A stretch of DNA of 64,000 nucleotides, from NCBI RefSeq assembly GCF_009834535.1, contig NC_045697.1, forward strand, positions 50,842,001-50,906,000, written 5' to 3'. The stretch is from Camelus ferus. Taxonomy: Eukaryota. Both the position numbers and the translations under genes were made by a program. This document shows, one piece after another, positions 62,490 through 64,000 of the stretch. The notes below the pieces were generated by a model. That model did not search any database, was not told where the DNA came from, and worked only from the letters and a program-made list of their open reading frames with translations. The number at the start of each line of letters is the position of its first letter. Positions within the stretch are counted from its first letter, which is position 1.

Positions 62490-63120
62490 CCTTTTTATTG
62501 AGGTATAGTCAGTTTATAATGTTGTGTCAATTTCTGGTGTGCAGCACAATGCTTCAGTCATACATGAATATACACATATTCATTTTAATATTCTTTTCCA
62601 CCACAAGCTACTACAAGATATTGAATATATTTCCCTGTGCTATACAGTATAAACTTGTCTATCTATTTTATATATACCAGTCAGTATCTGCAAATCTCGA
62701 ACTCCCAGTTTATCCCTTCCCACCCTAATCCCTACCGGCAACCACAAGTCTGTATTCTATGTCTGTGATTCTGTTTCTTCTTTATACATAATGTCATTTG
62801 TCTTTTTTTTTTTTTTTAGATTCTACATATGAGTGATATCATATGGTATTTTTCTTTCTCTTTCTGGATTAATTCACTTAGAATGACATTCTCCAGGGAC
62901 ATCCATGTTACTGCAAGTTGCATTATTTAATCATTCTTTATGGCTGAGTAGTATTCCATTGTATAAATATACCACAACTTCTTTATCTAGTCATCTGTCG
63001 ATGGACATTTAGGTTGTTTCCATGTCTTAGCTATTGTAAATAGTGTTGCCACGAACACTGGGGTGCAGGTGTCTTTTTGAATTAAGGTTCCCTCTGGATA
63101 TATGCCCAGGAATGGGATTG
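62490..63120 (-). mobile_element. Lineage-specific L1 3' end (same family as 2450-3060)
   Basis: tttattgaggtatagtcagtttataatgttgtgtc...ggctgagtagtattccatt...gcaggtgtctttttgaattaaggttccctctggatatatgcccagg. Confidence 0.92.
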
Positions 63121-64000
63121 TAAAGTCTCAACCTGTTACTACTAAACTCAGTGTCTCCAGTGGCTTTCCATCTCACTAAAAATCAAAAGTCCTTACAGTG
63201 GCTTTCAAGTCCCCACACACTCTTCTCCTCCCACCCCAAGGCTCCTCTGACCTTATCCTCTGCCACTTCTGTACTTCCCCACCCCTGCACTGTGTCTGCC
63301 ATCTTGAGCTGGCCGCCCTGCAGCTGAGCGTGCATTCCAAACCCACCCCCTCCCAAGGAGTCTGAGTCTTCCTCTGTTTTGCATAATCTTTATTGTTTCC
63401 TTCTGTTCCCTGTGCAAATGCTCCTCTTCAGGGAAGCCTCCTAACTACACTATAAAAACCAGCAATCCGCTAGCACTCTCTACTGTGCTTATCTCCCCAT
63501 GGTATTTGAATGACTAATTTGCTCACTCTGCCAACAGTTTTTTTTTTTTTTTCTTTTTAGAGTAAGCATGGAAACCATCAAGATTAAAGAAAGATTTTAC
63601 AAAGAAACAACAAATAAAGCTGTCAAAGAAGTGTCATACTTCCTTATTTTCTCCATTTCTCTCCTTTTACCACCTACAAGTCAGCCTGGTCTGTTTTTAC
63701 TTATCCTAATATTGGTTTTTACTCCTGAGCTGTCATTTCTGTGTACTCCTTGTATAGAGTGGGGCTTAGGAACTACTTACTTCTCTCAAATGTAAATTTA
63801 CTTCTCATAAATAGGTACAAGCACTGTCTGCTCCATTATGTCTTCTAAAGTATCTATATTTGAACATTTATATAAAACATATGTTATTTAGTTACAAATT
63901 GCTTTCCCTCTATTTCTTCCTTATATTATGGAGAGATTATTATATCAAATTCCACTAAATTGTATGTGCAAAGATATTATATTACTTCCCCATTTCGTTT

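Noticed and set aside
1..64000. CRISPR arrays, operons or other prokaryotic systems
   Set aside because: The sequence is clearly mammalian and I saw no regularly spaced repeat-spacer array.

Overview
AT-rich, repeat-dense mammalian genomic DNA, most likely camelid: it carries seven copies of a tRNA-Ala-like Vic-1-type SINE plus artiodactyl-type L1 3' ends. The only protein-coding gene I can support is CXCL8 (interleukin-8) on the minus strand. It has 4 exons, CDS complement(join(21260..21281,21707..21790,22075..22210,23027..23090)), 306 nt including the stop, encoding an intact 101-aa ELR+ CXC chemokine ([101 protein letters not shown]). The supplied ORF track misses it because it is spliced. 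Its TATA/NF-kB/AP-1 promoter, 3'UTR AU-rich element and poly(A) signal are all readable. The rest is intergenic: L1, L2, MIR, MaLR/ERV1 LTRs, hAT MITEs and several transcription-factor motif clusters that look like inflammatory enhancers. I see no solid evidence for a wholly new biological system. The most notable unexplained structures are a 145-bp, ~94%-identical inverted duplication just downstream of CXCL8, two palindromic MER53 elements flanking the ARE in the CXCL8 3'UTR, an orphan retrocopied 3'UTR fragment, and a dense C/EBP/AP-1/NRF2/octamer cluster about 32 kb upstream. Repeat family names and boundaries come from memory of consensus sequences and are approximate.
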